Positions 30,200 to 42,000 of a stretch of DNA of 64,000 bases are shown piece after piece. The stretch's first letter is position 1; each line of letters starts with the position of its first letter. The notes beneath the pieces are model-generated. The model was not told the origin of the DNA. It did not search any database and worked only from the letters and a program-made list of their open reading frames with translations. The stretch is taken from contig OZ219791.1 in the NCBI GenBank assembly GCA_964291215.2, forward strand, positions 1,728,001 through 1,792,000, given 5' to 3'. The position numbers and the translations under genes were made by a program. This DNA is from Alphaproteobacteria bacterium. Lineage in GTDB: Bacteria; Pseudomonadota; Alphaproteobacteria; MPNO01; UBA830.

Positions 30200-31220
30200 T
30201 TGACGACCCGCAGCGACATGCCCGAATGTTTCGATTCTGAGTCGATAGGAAAGCTCGAAACCGTTGATGTCGGCAGCAGTACGGCCGGGGATGAAGGCCG
30301 TGTGCGCGAGATCGTCGGCCAATACGCTGCCCATATCATCTGGACGGTCAGCAAGCCGTTGCTGCCGAAGCGGCACTATCTCTTGATTTTGCTAATATCC
30401 CCGCGGTTGCGCAGATCACCGAGATCGTTTATCGGATCGATTCAAGTACGCGGGAGCATATGGTCGCAAGGACTCTGGGTCCCGAAGAAACCGGCTATTG
30501 CAAGTTGTCGCTTGATCGACCTGTTGAGATGGCTGTTGCCACCGACGGCAGAGCGAGAGTGTCCCGTCTTGCCGACCGACTTACCGGCGAGGAAGCCAGC
30601 ATAGGCACCATTGATTTCGCGTTCCGCAGTGTGGCCAGTGTCGTCCGACAGAAGTTGAAGGTTAACAAGGCGACGAGGTCGCGCGCGCTCAAGCATCGCC
30701 CCTGCGTGTTATGGATGACCGACTCATCCGGGGCAGGGAAATCGGCTATCGCCGACCGTGTGGAACAGAAGCTTCATGCGAGAGGCCGGCGCACATATCC
30801 CCTGGACGGGGACAATGTCCGGCTCGGGCTCAACAGGGAACTCGGCTTCACCGGCGCGACCGGGTCGAGAATATCCGTCGCGTGGCCGAGGTCGCGAAGC
30901 TGATGGCCGATGCAGGCCAAATTAGTGCCCGCACGGAAATGACCGTTTCCTTCATCTCTCCGTTCAGGTCGGAACGCAGCATGGCGCGCGATTCGGTAGA
31001 GAAAGGCGAGTTCCTGGAGATATTCGTCGACGCGCCGATTGCGGTCTGTGAGGTGTGCAACCCGAAGGGTCTCTACGCCAAAATGCACAGAGGCGAAATC
31101 ATGAACTTCACCGGGATCAATTCTCCTTACGAACCGCCGAACGCTCCCGAACTGCGGGTCGATACGACGACGATGATGGTGGACCTCGCCACGGACCCAG
31201 TCGGTCGATTGCTGGATTGA
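30200..31220 (+). pseudogene. cysNC: CysN C-terminus / APS kinase pseudogene
   Basis: [24 protein letters not shown] (altered P-loop), [44 protein letters not shown] across frameshifts. Confidence 0.85.
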
Positions 31221-31295
31221 TGTCAGGATATCCTCTGCAGTACACTGGGCGCACCCCTTGCTCGCCGGTTGTTATGGCAGGCGAAGGGCCGCAAG

Positions 31296-32360
31296 ATGAC
31301 TAGGAGGCATTCGATGACCGGCGATAAATTGCACTGTCCACCGGTGATCGTTCTCAATTCCGGCCGTTGCGGGTCGACGATGTTGTCCACCATGTTGAAT
31401 CTGCATCCGGGTATTCTCAGTATTTCCGAGTTCTTCACGCTTCACAGCACTGCCCTATTCAGTCGATGGCGCATGACCGGAAACGGAATGTGGCATGTTC
31501 TTACCCATCAGCCGCAATTGGTTCGCTATCTTCTGAAAGAAGACTACGATGAGCTGCTGTATCCATTCAAAGATCCTGACTCGCGGTTTGGACGAAAGAC
31601 TGTCCCTCCGATTTTGTGCGTGACACTTCCTCACTTGACAAATGAATATGAAGCACTTTTCGATGAACTGGAATCGGTTGTGCGAAATTTCCCACGCCAA
31701 TCTCCTGCAAACCACTGTCGCAGTCTTTTTGATTGGTTATGTCAGAGATTCGACCGACGGGTCTGGGTGGAACGCTCGGGCGGGTCTTCCATGTATGCAT
31801 CAAGGCTCATATACAGGTTCCCGGAAGCCAAGGTGATCAACATGCATCGGGATGGACGGGATGTTGCGCTATCCATGTTTCAGCATCATCCATTTAGAGG
31901 GATTGCACCCTACATCATCGCGCTCCAGAAGCGAAGATACGATCCCTTTAGAGTTGAAGCGAAACGTGATGAATTCTGGGATTCCATGGCGCTGCGCCTG
32001 CAACCGTTGAAGTACCTGTTGCGATTCCCGATTCCGATGTCCGCTGACCGGTTGGAGATTACGCACTTCGGTGCCATATGGAGCTCGATGGTAGAAGCGG
32101 CTCAGGACTTCATCCAGCACTTGCCGTCCGAGCAAGTTCTGGATGTGCGATTTGAAGATTTGCAGCAAAATGCGGAGCAGGAGCTGCGTCGTATAATCCG
32201 ATTTGTTTCTTGCGACCTGGAAAACGAGGACTGGGTGCGGAACGCAGCTTGGATACCGAAGCCGTCCCGGTCCAAGTTTGCGCGGCTCGATCCGCAGGAG
32301 CGGGCCGCATTGACAGAGGCCTGCCGGCCGGGGCTGGAGCAGCTCGGCTACGCCGTGTAG
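31296..32360 (+). CDS. PAPS-dependent sulfotransferase 2 (paralog of 18832-19878)
   Basis: NSGRCGSTMLSTMLNLHP, WVERSG, HRDGRDVALS, VRFEDL, same C-terminal ALTEACRP.L..LGY. Confidence 0.88.
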   Translation: MTRRHSMTGDKLHCPPVIVLNSGRCGSTMLSTMLNLHPGILSISEFFTLHSTALFSRWRMTGNGMWHVLTHQPQLVRYLLKEDYDELLYPFKDPDSRFGRKTVPPILCVTLPHLTNEYEALFDELESVVRNFPRQSPANHCRSLFDWLCQRFDRRVWVERSGGSSMYASRLIYRFPEAKVINMHRDGRDVALSMFQHHPFRGIAPYIIALQKRRYDPFRVEAKRDEFWDSMALRLQPLKYLLRFPIPMSADRLEITHFGAIWSSMVEAAQDFIQHLPSEQVLDVRFEDLQQNAEQELRRIIRFVSCDLENEDWVRNAAWIPKPSRSKFARLDPQERAALTEACRPGLEQLGYAV

Positions 32361-32486
32361 AGCGTGGCGCAGCAACGGCAGAACCGGAGCGCGGAACGGG
32401 AGTCCGATGTCGACGGACCGGCGATGCCAAAAAACCGGCACTTATGTGGACGAAGGAAGCCAGGAGTCCGCAACCGGAGCAGTCGG

Positions 32487-33914
32487 ATGACCAACCGCAC
32501 GACGCCGTCGTGTCCGGCCGGGGTCTCCACGGCGCGGAACGCGGCGGATGGCGTCTACACGACCGATCCGATCGGGCGCCACCTGCTCCGCATGGCTGCC
32601 CCCGCTTCGACGGCTTTGCTGTTCATCTTCCTTGCCGATCTGGTGACCCTTTTCTATGTCTCTCTGTTGCGCGACGAGCGATTGATCGCTGCTGTCGGAC
32701 TCGCGCGATTTATCGAGTATCTCGTTATTGCTATCGGGCTTGCCTTCGCGTCTGCGGCGACCGTGCAGGTCAGCCAGTCGCTCGGTGCAGGCGACAAGGC
32801 GCTGGCCGCGCGACAAGCAACCTCATGCTTGGTCGTCAGCCTAGTGGTTCTGTGCGCTGCCGTCGGGTTGGTGCAGGTTTTTCGCGGCGCGGCTCTTGCC
32901 TCTTTCGTGGAGCTCGGCGCGGTTTTTGACGCTGCAGACCTCTATCTGGAGATCGCTCTGTATTCCGTACCTCTAGCAGCGGTGAGCTTGGCGATGGGCG
33001 CGATATTGCGCGGCGCTGGTGAGGTGCGCCGGTCCGTGGTGGTGACTGTTTCGGGCAGCCTAGCGGCTCTGGTGGTCAGCCCTGCACTGATTTTCTGGGC
33101 CGGGCTGGGCCTGGAGGGAGCCGCTTGGGCGTTGCTTGCGGACCGCGCGATCAGCGCGGCACTCGGCATCGGGTTCGTCATCCGCAAGTGCCGCCTGCTG
33201 AAGCTTCCCGACGTTTTCGAGACGGTGCGCGATGCCAGGGCCGTTCTGGCAATCGCGGGACCAGCCGTCCTGTCGGAACTCGCGACGCCTGCAATTTGGT
33301 TGCTGACAACTTGGTGGGTCGCGGCGTTCGGAGACAGCGCCCTTGCCGCATGGGCTCTGCTCGCTCGGCTCACTCTGATGGCCGGGTGCGGGATTATGGC
33401 ACTGAGCATCGCGCTCAACCCGGTTCTGGGGCAGAACTACGGCGCTGGCAACACTGCCCGGACCGCCGCCAGTCTTCGCACCGCGGTGATGTTCTCCGTC
33501 TGCTACGTCATTGCCGTCTGGGCGCTGTTCGTGTTGACATCCGGTCAGATCTCCCGAATGTTCGATCTGACGGCGGAAGCGTCGGGCATAGTGCATATTT
33601 ATGTCCTGTACGGTTTCGCCGCCATGATCCCGGCAAGCATGGGGGCGCTCTGCAGGCCGGTATTCTACCATTTCAGACGTTCCTTCTGGACGACAGCTTT
33701 GGATTGGATGGCAAACGCCCTGTCGCTGCTGGCGTTGATCCTGCTTGTGGGAATGCCGGACGGGGAGCCGGTAGTTTTCGCGCTTGGCGCGGCGGCGGCG
33801 GTGTGCGCCGTGCCGATCGGCAAAGCTCTCGCCGGTTCTCTTTCGCTCGGGCTTGCTTGGCGCCTTGTTGCGCAAATGCGAGCCCCGGAACCATCACCGA
33901 AGGATGCGCCATGA
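32487..33914 (+). CDS. MATE family efflux transporter
   Basis: VSQSLGAGD, AILRGAG, GLEGAAWA, GQNYGAGN; many TM segments; start uncertain. Confidence 0.85.
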   Translation: MTNRTTPSCPAGVSTARNAADGVYTTDPIGRHLLRMAAPASTALLFIFLADLVTLFYVSLLRDERLIAAVGLARFIEYLVIAIGLAFASAATVQVSQSLGAGDKALAARQATSCLVVSLVVLCAAVGLVQVFRGAALASFVELGAVFDAADLYLEIALYSVPLAAVSLAMGAILRGAGEVRRSVVVTVSGSLAALVVSPALIFWAGLGLEGAAWALLADRAISAALGIGFVIRKCRLLKLPDVFETVRDARAVLAIAGPAVLSELATPAIWLLTTWWVAAFGDSALAAWALLARLTLMAGCGIMALSIALNPVLGQNYGAGNTARTAASLRTAVMFSVCYVIAVWALFVLTSGQISRMFDLTAEASGIVHIYVLYGFAAMIPASMGALCRPVFYHFRRSFWTTALDWMANALSLLALILLVGMPDGEPVVFALGAAAAVCAVPIGKALAGSLSLGLAWRLVAQMRAPEPSPKDAP

Positions 33915-36337
33915 GACGGAGGACGAGACTGTGGATGACTTTACCGGCGGCGTTCGTCGTCGCGGTCCTCCTCGCAGGCGCAGCGAGCTGGCTCTGGCTG
34001 CGCACATCGCTGCCGCGGATCGACGGTGAGATCCGGCTTCCGGGCCTCCAGCAACGGGGAGAAGTGATCTACGATGTCAACGGCATTCCCCATATTCGGG
34101 CAGCGACGGTTAACGATGCCTATTTCCTTCTCGGATACGTGCATGCGCGCGACCGGATGTTCCAGATGGACTTCGCGCGCCGAATCGGCAGCGGAACACT
34201 CTCGGAAGTCGTCGGCGAACGAACGCTTTCCATAGACCGCATGGCGCGAACGCTCGGGACAGCGCGGAGCGCGGAGCAGATACTCTCTCGTCTGCCGGAG
34301 GATGCGGTCGGGGTTCTGAATGCCTATTCCGCCGGCATCAATGCCTGGCTGACAACGCGGTCTGGAGCGCTACCGCCCGAATTCGTCTTGCTCGGTTACG
34401 AACCGGAACCGTGGCGGCCGAAGGATTCGCTGGCGCGGAGCGGCGTCAAACTAGCCAACCTGGTCTGGGAGTGGGAGAATGAAGCCCTTCGCGGCGCGCT
34501 TGCAGCAAAGTTGTCTCCCGAACAACTCTCTGATCTTTTCCCCGAGGACATTGATGGCGCCTTGGCCAGCGCCGGTCGTGCCCGAACGATGGCGGGACAC
34601 GCGCCCCTTGCCACCCAGTGGAGTTCACTGTGGAGGGCCATGTCTGGTGGCTCGCAATCGGAGTTGCAGGCGTCCAATGCGTGGGCGGTAGCGGGCGGTT
34701 GGACGGCAAGCGGCCTCCCTGTACTGGCCAGCGATCCCCATCTCGCGCTGACATCGCCAGGACTCTGGTATCTCGCGCGCATGGAAGCGCCGGGACTCAG
34801 TCTGGCGGGTGCAACGGTTCCAGGAGGACCGGTTTTCGTTCTGGGCCACAACGGCACCATTGCGTGGGGCGTGACCAATGCAGGCAGCGATTTTCAGGAT
34901 TTCTTCATAGAGCGAATAAGCGAAGGCGAGCCGGAGCGGTACGACGCGCCTGGCGGGTCACGCCCGTTCGACGTGCGGACCGAGAGCATTGCCGTGAAGG
35001 GACAGGAACCCGTGGAATTGGTCGTCCGGGAAACGCGCCACGGCCCGGTGGTTTCTGACCTCGCGCCCGACTTCGCCGACCTCAATGGGCATTATCCCGG
35101 AAAGCGGGACCATGTCATCGCATTCTCCTCCACGCTCCTGCGCGACGACGACATGACCATTCTCGCCTTTCTCAGGCTGAACCGGGCGCGCAACTGGTCG
35201 GGGTTCACGACCGCTCTAGAGAGTTTCCACTCTCCTCATGTCAGCATTACCTATGCCGATATAGTTGGGAATATCGGTTCCCTGTCGCCGGGGCGGATTC
35301 CGATACGAAACGCCGGTGATGGCTGGCTCCCCTCCACCGGCTGGACCGGCGAAGGGGACTGGTCCGGGTTCGTGCCGTACGATGCCCTTCCGCGCGCCTT
35401 CAACCCGCCGTCGGGCCTCATCGTGCACGCCAATCAACGCATCGTCCCTACCGACCATCCGTGGTTCCTCGCCCGCCATTGGCCGCCGCCATACCGGGCA
35501 GAGCGGATCAAGACGCACGTTGAGCAGGTCGTACCGCGCACGGTTGCAACGGAAACGGCGCTGCAGCACGACGAGTTCTCCGGTGCCGCGGCTGACCTCA
35601 TCCCCCTGTTGCTGACGCTCGCCGAACCCGACCGGATGGACGAAAAGGCGAAACGCGCATTGTCCCTGATTCGTGGCTGGGACTTCCGTATGGTGCGCGC
35701 ATCGGCGACGCCGCTGATATTTGCGGCCTGGCTTGCGGAAGTAAACCGCGGTCTCTACGCCGACGAGCTCGGCGACCTCTTCCAGCCCTTCTACGGCCTC
35801 CGGCCGGGCACGGTTGTCCACATGCTGACGAGCCGTCGGGCATGGTGCGACGATGTGACGACGACCGCTGTCGAAACCTGCGGTCAGACCGTCACTGTTG
35901 CTCTCTCACGTGCTATCGACGATCTGGCGCGCCGCTATGGAGACGATATGAAGGACTGGCGTTGGGGTGAGGCGCACCGGGCCGTATTCGACCATATCCT
36001 GCTTGGCCGCATTCCGGTCCTGAAGCGGTTGGCGAACGTCAGCATAGAGACGGGAGGCGGCAGCTTCACTGTCAATCGCGGGCGGCACAACATCGCCAAT
36101 GAAGAGGCGCCCTTCGCCGCCAACCACGGCTCCGGCTATCGCGCGGTTTACGATCTGTCTGATCTCTCGAACTCTGTGTTCTCCGTCGGAACCGGTGCCA
36201 GCGGGAATTTCCTGTCCTGGCGCTACGACAACACGACCCGCCGGTGGCGGGACGGCGATTACGTGCGCATTCCTCGAACCCGCGCCGAGGCCCTGCATGC
36301 GGCGACAGGGGTGCTGACGCTCCTGCCAGAGCAGTAG
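33911..36337 (+). CDS. Penicillin/AHL acylase family Ntn hydrolase
   Basis: N-terminal anchor, GIPHI, GYVHARDRMFQMD, catalytic SNAW, SDPHL, WGVTN, ETRHGP, WRWGEAH; ATGA overlap with MATE. Confidence 0.92.
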   Translation: MRRRTRLWMTLPAAFVVAVLLAGAASWLWLRTSLPRIDGEIRLPGLQQRGEVIYDVNGIPHIRAATVNDAYFLLGYVHARDRMFQMDFARRIGSGTLSEVVGERTLSIDRMARTLGTARSAEQILSRLPEDAVGVLNAYSAGINAWLTTRSGALPPEFVLLGYEPEPWRPKDSLARSGVKLANLVWEWENEALRGALAAKLSPEQLSDLFPEDIDGALASAGRARTMAGHAPLATQWSSLWRAMSGGSQSELQASNAWAVAGGWTASGLPVLASDPHLALTSPGLWYLARMEAPGLSLAGATVPGGPVFVLGHNGTIAWGVTNAGSDFQDFFIERISEGEPERYDAPGGSRPFDVRTESIAVKGQEPVELVVRETRHGPVVSDLAPDFADLNGHYPGKRDHVIAFSSTLLRDDDMTILAFLRLNRARNWSGFTTALESFHSPHVSITYADIVGNIGSLSPGRIPIRNAGDGWLPSTGWTGEGDWSGFVPYDALPRAFNPPSGLIVHANQRIVPTDHPWFLARHWPPPYRAERIKTHVEQVVPRTVATETALQHDEFSGAAADLIPLLLTLAEPDRMDEKAKRALSLIRGWDFRMVRASATPLIFAAWLAEVNRGLYADELGDLFQPFYGLRPGTVVHMLTSRRAWCDDVTTTAVETCGQTVTVALSRAIDDLARRYGDDMKDWRWGEAHRAVFDHILLGRIPVLKRLANVSIETGGGSFTVNRGRHNIANEEAPFAANHGSGYRAVYDLSDLSNSVFSVGTGASGNFLSWRYDNTTRRWRDGDYVRIPRTRAEALHAATGVLTLLPEQ

Positions 36338-36509
36338 AGCCCTTGCCCGGCGCCGTCCGCGGTGTGCCAGTGCAATACGCTCGAACCCAAGCCCCCCTCT
36401 CTGCAGGGCTCTAGCATTGAGCGTCTGCACACTATCTGATGCGGATTCCGTCGGTTCTGTTCGAATTGTTTGGGTGAGTAGATATGTAGGGTTACAAGAT
36501 GCTAGTTAC

Positions 36510-38895
36510 TCTCGTCGAACATCACAGAAAATGCGGAAACTCGATATACTGAATAGATGGGTTGTAAGCGTTCGTTCATGCGGTGATGACGATCTGCGCT
36601 GAGATTTGTTTTGGTGATTCGGAGAAGGGGGCCGGTAAACTTTTTTGGCGGTGCCATCAGGTCGTGCATGGTCATGTGCATCGAGGATTTCGTGTCATCA
36701 TCGGGTGCGGACGCCGCTGGCGACGTGCCGCAGTCGTCGTGTCGTGATTCGGCCACCTGGAAGTCTCTGTACGATCGCGGGCGTATTCGAGCCGAGGCGG
36801 CGGAGGGTCGCTGTGAGGAGCTGCGCTTGCAGGAGGTGGAGGGGCGCAGCCGCGCGAATTCCCTGAAGGCGATTTTCGAGAGCAATCGCGAGAAGCTGTC
36901 AGCTGCCCGTGCGGAGGTCAGGGAAGTTCGGCGGACGGCGAAGCAGTCTACTTGCGCTGAAGCAGGAGGTTGCGCGTCCGGGCGGGCTTCTTGTCGAGGC
37001 CGGCGTTGATGCGCGGAAGCGGTCGACGGTGGTGTCGCTGCGCATGGAGAATGCCGGCCTGAAGACCGCGATGAAGGTTCTGAAGGGTCGGGGCGGAGAA
37101 CGACAAGCTTCGTTCGAACAGGTCGTACGGGCGCAAGAGTGAGAAGAGGCAGCGGGCGCCATCGAAGCGCGGCCAGCAGTGCGGCACTCCTGGCCGCGGC
37201 CGGCGCTCGAGGAGGTGGAGGAGCGGCTGAAGGTGGCGGAGGACGCCTGCTCGTGCTGCGTTGCCAACGGTTCGCGCCAGGATCATCGAGATCAAAAGCG
37301 GCGGATTGTCCGCCGGGGCTGTGACTGCCCCGGTTCACCGGTGGCGGCTGTTTCCCGGCACCGCATTCGGGTGTGGACGCATGTGCTGCACGAGCGCGTG
37401 CATGCGGCCCTTGCGCCGCGTCCAGGGGCTTTCGCCGGGAACGCTGGCCAGCGAGCCGGATGCTGCCCCTGTTCGAGCCGCTTCGGGACGCGATCCTCGC
37501 GCACCGGGGTCTGCGCCATGCCGATGCATCCGGGCCCTGAGGAAGGTCCGGAAGTCGCGCCTGGCTCCGGACATCGGTCAGCCGTGACGCGGTCTCTTCC
37601 ACCCCTTGCGCAGCGCCGAGGTCGCGGCGAAGCTGTTCGCGGACGCCCCCATGTATCCGGTCTGCGGCCGCTACGGCGCCTGCAAGAAGCTGGCGCGCTT
37701 GTGGCCCTTCATCATCCTGTGCTGTTGCCGGGCGCATTGTCGGCGCGACTTTCCGGACTGCACCGGCCGCAGCTGGAGGGGTGGGAATGGATCGATCGCG
37801 GAGATCTGCCGCCTGAACACGGCTCGACTGCCTTGCTTCCGGCGGCGTTCGAGGCCGCGCAGGCGGCGCCGGAGACTGCGGTCGCTGTTTGCGGAAGCGC
37901 CGAGGCTTCCGAAAGCGGCGCCGGAAGGCAGGCCGCTGCGCTCAACCATCGCGTGTTCGTCGACCATGGACAACAATTTCGGGGAAAGGGCTGTCAGGGG
38001 CCCGGCCAACGGGCGGAAGCCCGGCTTCGGTTCCGACAGCATGGACGGCTGTCATGTACACGGCACGGTCGCGAGGAGCGGCCTCGACGTTCTGCGCTGG
38101 CGCCTGCGCGGAGAACGGCGGCCCGGCGATCTGTCGCCCTGGTTGCCGTGAGCCCGGAGAGGCGGCGGAGATTCGCGGCGCCGCCGTGAGGTCGAGGGCG
38201 CGACTTCATGGTTGCGCAGTGCTGCGACGATCACGGAGCGGACCCCATCGCCCGCGCCTTCTGCCGCCGCCAGCCCCGAAGCTGATCATGTCGGACACCG
38301 CCGCCCCGAAGACCCTCGACGAGCTCCGCCCGCCGACTTCCGAGTCGTGGGCACCCGGGAAGGTCGGTTGTGGAACGAGTTCGTCGCCCGCTGACACTTC
38401 CTCGGATACACGCGCCTGGCGGCGCTGCAGATGCGCTACGCGGTCCATGACCGGAACGGCGAGCCGCTGCTTCTCGACCGCCGCATGGACCGCGCGCTGC
38501 AACACCGCGCCCGCGCCCTGCGAAACCCTGGTCGAGGTCCCGCGCCGCGGCGTCTGCCGGCCGCGTCGAAACAACCCGCGGCCGCTACGACCGACATGAC
38601 AGAAGCCGAAGAAGGACATCTGGCCCGCTCCGCAAGGACTGGAAGCGGACCCTCAGACCCCTGCAACCGGCACAGGATGGCGCTCAGCTCCTCCTCCGCA
38701 GCGCCGGGACAAAACCGCAACCAATGCGGAAAACACGGCATCGCGCCAGTGCCCCTCACCGCGTATCCCGGCGCACGAAACCGCTCCGGGTGACGCTGGA
38801 ACTCCCTGACAAAAGCCCGTCAAACGGACGAAAACAACAACACCTCACCCCACGAACGAACGCTTACGATGGATTTATGAGTGTCCGGTTGAAAG
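36510..38895 (+). mobile_element. Right-end remnant of IS4-family element interrupted by IS66
   Basis: 36510-36563 plus 38876-38895 match 46765-46837, ending GTGTCCGGTTGAAAG. Confidence 0.7.
36564..38867 (+). mobile_element. IS66-family element, degenerate, carrying a DUF4338-like remnant
   Basis: IRs GTAAGCGTTCGTTC / GAACGAACGCTTAC; 8-bp TSD GATGGGTT/GATGGATT; CRAHCRRDF, MDNNFGERAVRGP; GRLWNEFVAR.HFLGY..QMRYAV at ~38350-38460. Confidence 0.85.
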
Positions 38896-39017
38896 GACTG
38901 TCGTTATCCGTTGAAGACATTCTCAAACGGTCTAGCAGGAAGGACCGTCGAACAGCGCACACGCTTCAATGGCGTTTGCCAAATCTTCTTGCGTCCTTCG
39001 AGGCTGGACTTTCTGCC

Positions 39018-42000
39018 CTATTCATGCCTGCCGTCGGCGATCATCACCATCGCCGGCAGAAGGAATAGGATGAATATGCCTGCCAGCACGAGCCCGCCTA
39101 GCATGCTGGCGACGAACGGCACCAGGAAGAGCAGGGCATCGCTGCGCTCGTAGAGCAGAGGCGAGAGGCCGAGCACCGTTGTCAGGCTGGTGAGCAGCAC
39201 GGCGCGGAAACGGTGGCGCGTAGCGGCTGCCGCGGCGGCAATCGCCGGCAGGGCGTCGTTCTCCCGGCGGATGATGTTGTAGCGGTCGAGCAGCACCAGC
39301 GCATCGTTTACGACGACGCCCGAGACGGCCACGATCCCGAAGATTGACATGAAGTTGAAGTCCCAGCCGAGTATCCAGTGCATCAGCACGGCGCCAGCGA
39401 AGGCGGCCGGGATTCCGGCCGCAGCGACCAGCGGCTTCCAATAGCTGCGCAGGAACGCCGCCATGACTGCATACATGGCGATCAGCGCAAGGGGTGCCAG
39501 CGTGGCTAGCGTTTGCAGCACCCGCCTTTCGTTTCGTGCTCCGCCGTCCCGTTCCACGGCTATTCCAGGATGCGCGGCGCGCAGCTCCTGCACGATGCCG
39601 TCTTCGATCAGCCGGCGGGCTTGGATCGGCGTGATGACCGCCGCGTCGGCTCTCGCCTCGACGAAGACCGCCGGCTTGCCGTCGATCCGCGTCAGCTTGG
39701 CCAGTTCCTGTTTTTCGGTAAGCGTGGCTACCAAGAAGAGCGGAATCTCGCCGCCGCCGGGGCGCTCAATGCGCATCCCGGCGAGTTCCTTCAGGCTCCG
39801 GCGGCGTTCGGCGGGATATCTGACAACGACCTCGATTTCCTCGCGGCCACGCTGGATGCGCTGCGCTTCAGCGCCATGAAGCCGGGCGCGCAATTGCGCT
39901 CCCAGCAGCGCCGGTGAAAGCCCGGCCGCCTTGCCGGCCTGTGTCAATTCTATATCGAGCTGCCGCTTGCCGGGCGAGAGATTGTCGTAAACACCGTACA
40001 CACCGGGTATCGCAGCGAGCGCCGAGCGCAGTTTCTGCGCGGCCCCCTGCAACAGCTCCCGATCATTATGTCGGATCGAATAGGCCAAGTTCGGCCTGAT
40101 CTTGCCTCGGGTCAACACATATTCCACATGTTCCAGACTCGAAACATCCCCGATACGGGCCCGCCATGCGCGCTCCACTTCGCCGGGCGCCGCTTCGCGG
40201 ACGGGACGGCGGTAAAGGTGCGCCTTGACCGTCGCCACATGTTCGCCCCTGACCGCGTCATCCCTGGGCCAGGTGGGCAGGATATTCCCGACAACCATGC
40301 TGACAGACTTGATTGCTGACCCTCCCAGATCATTGTTCACACCTTTGGCCGCATCCCTGAAGCGCTCGGCGGCGGCAAGCGTGGCCTCGAACGGCGATCC
40401 GGCAGGCAGGCGTAACTCCGCTTGGATCGAGTTGCTGATGTCCGTCCTCTCCTCCGCAAACAGGACCCGTACCTCGTGGTAGCGTACAAGCAGCACTGCA
40501 CAGACAACGACGAGGATCCCGATTCCAACCGCCATCCAGACATGACGCACCGACCAAGAAACGGTTGCAGCCACCACGCTGTCGCGGACATTGTCGAGCC
40601 AGCCGCGCACCCCGCCTTGCCAACCGCTCAGTGGCGGTGCGCTCCAAGGTTTGTCATGCGCCAGGTGCGCCGGCAGGATGAGGAACGCCTCCACCAGCGA
40701 TATGGCGAGCACGAACAGCGCTACATAGGGAATCATGCGCATGATCTGCCATCCGCCCTCGGTGACGAACAGCAAGGGGACCAGCGCGATCAGCGTCGTG
40801 GCTGCGCCGACGACCAGCGGCCCGACCACAGCTCTCGCGCCCGAAATCGCCGCGGCCAGCGCCGAGCCGGCCCGAGCCCGTTCCGTGGCGATGCTCTCCC
40901 CGACGACAACGGCATCATCCACCACAATGCCGATCATCAGGAAGAACGCGAACAGGGTGCCCATATTCAGCGTCAGGCCGGCCGGAGCGAAAAAGATAAG
41001 CGACCCGATAAAGGCGAGCGGAATGCCGAAAGTCGTCCAGAACGCCACCCGGAGGTCGAACACTGCGACCAAGCAGATGAACACCAGCGCCGCTCCGATC
41101 GCGGAATTGGCAAAGATTCGTGTCAACCGCTCGACGGTCGCCTCGACCTTGTCGTCCCAGATACCGACCGAAACGTGCGCGGGCGGGCTATAACCGCCAA
41201 GGAATTCCACGACAGCGTTCCTCATCTCCTTGGTCGATTGCTTGCCGGTCGCGGTTATCCGCAGGAATACTGCCGGTACGCCGGCCGTTTCCGTCAGAAC
41301 ATTTTCATCGACGAAACCGTCGCGAATTCTGGCGACATCGCCGAGCGTTACCACCGTTCCGTCGAGCCGTGTAATGAGCGGTATATCCTTGAACTCTGCA
41401 CTATGCTCCCGCTTCGCGACCACCTGCAGTACAACGCCGCCTGCGTCGGTCCGCAGCTCTCCGAAGGTCAGGTTGAGAGAATCCCGACTGATTGCCTGCC
41501 TGATGTCGTCTATCTTGAGCCGGTGTCGTCGCAACTCCTCTTCGCTTAGTTCTATAGTGATCTCCCGGTCCCGCGTGCCTTCCATCCTTATGTGGGACAC
41601 GGTCGGCAGGGCCAGCAACGCGTCGCGCAAGCTTTCCGCTGCAAGCCGAAGCTGGTTTTCGGTCACCGCACCGGAAGACACCGCGATAGTTACGACATCG
41701 TTTCTCCACCGGACCAGCTTGATTTCCGGCGGTTCGGCGTTTGGCGGCGGAAAATTCTCTAAGGCGTCGATCGCACGCGTGACGTCGTTCAGCACCGTTG
41801 TGTTGTCGGCAAAGACTTCAAGTTCGACATCAATCAGACCGGTGCCTTCCTGCGCGGTGCTTACGACCCGGCTGACGCCGGATATGCCGATAATCGCTTC
41901 CTCGACCCGGCGGTTTATGTCCTCCTGCACTTCTGTTGGCGAGGCGCCGGGCACTGGAATCATGACGGAGACGCGCCGCAGGTCGAACTCCGGGAGGTCC

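Noticed and set aside
33125-33910. Apparent 1070-aa acylase with long N-terminal extension
   Set aside because: Extension overlaps the MATE gene out of frame; the true start is 33911 with a membrane anchor
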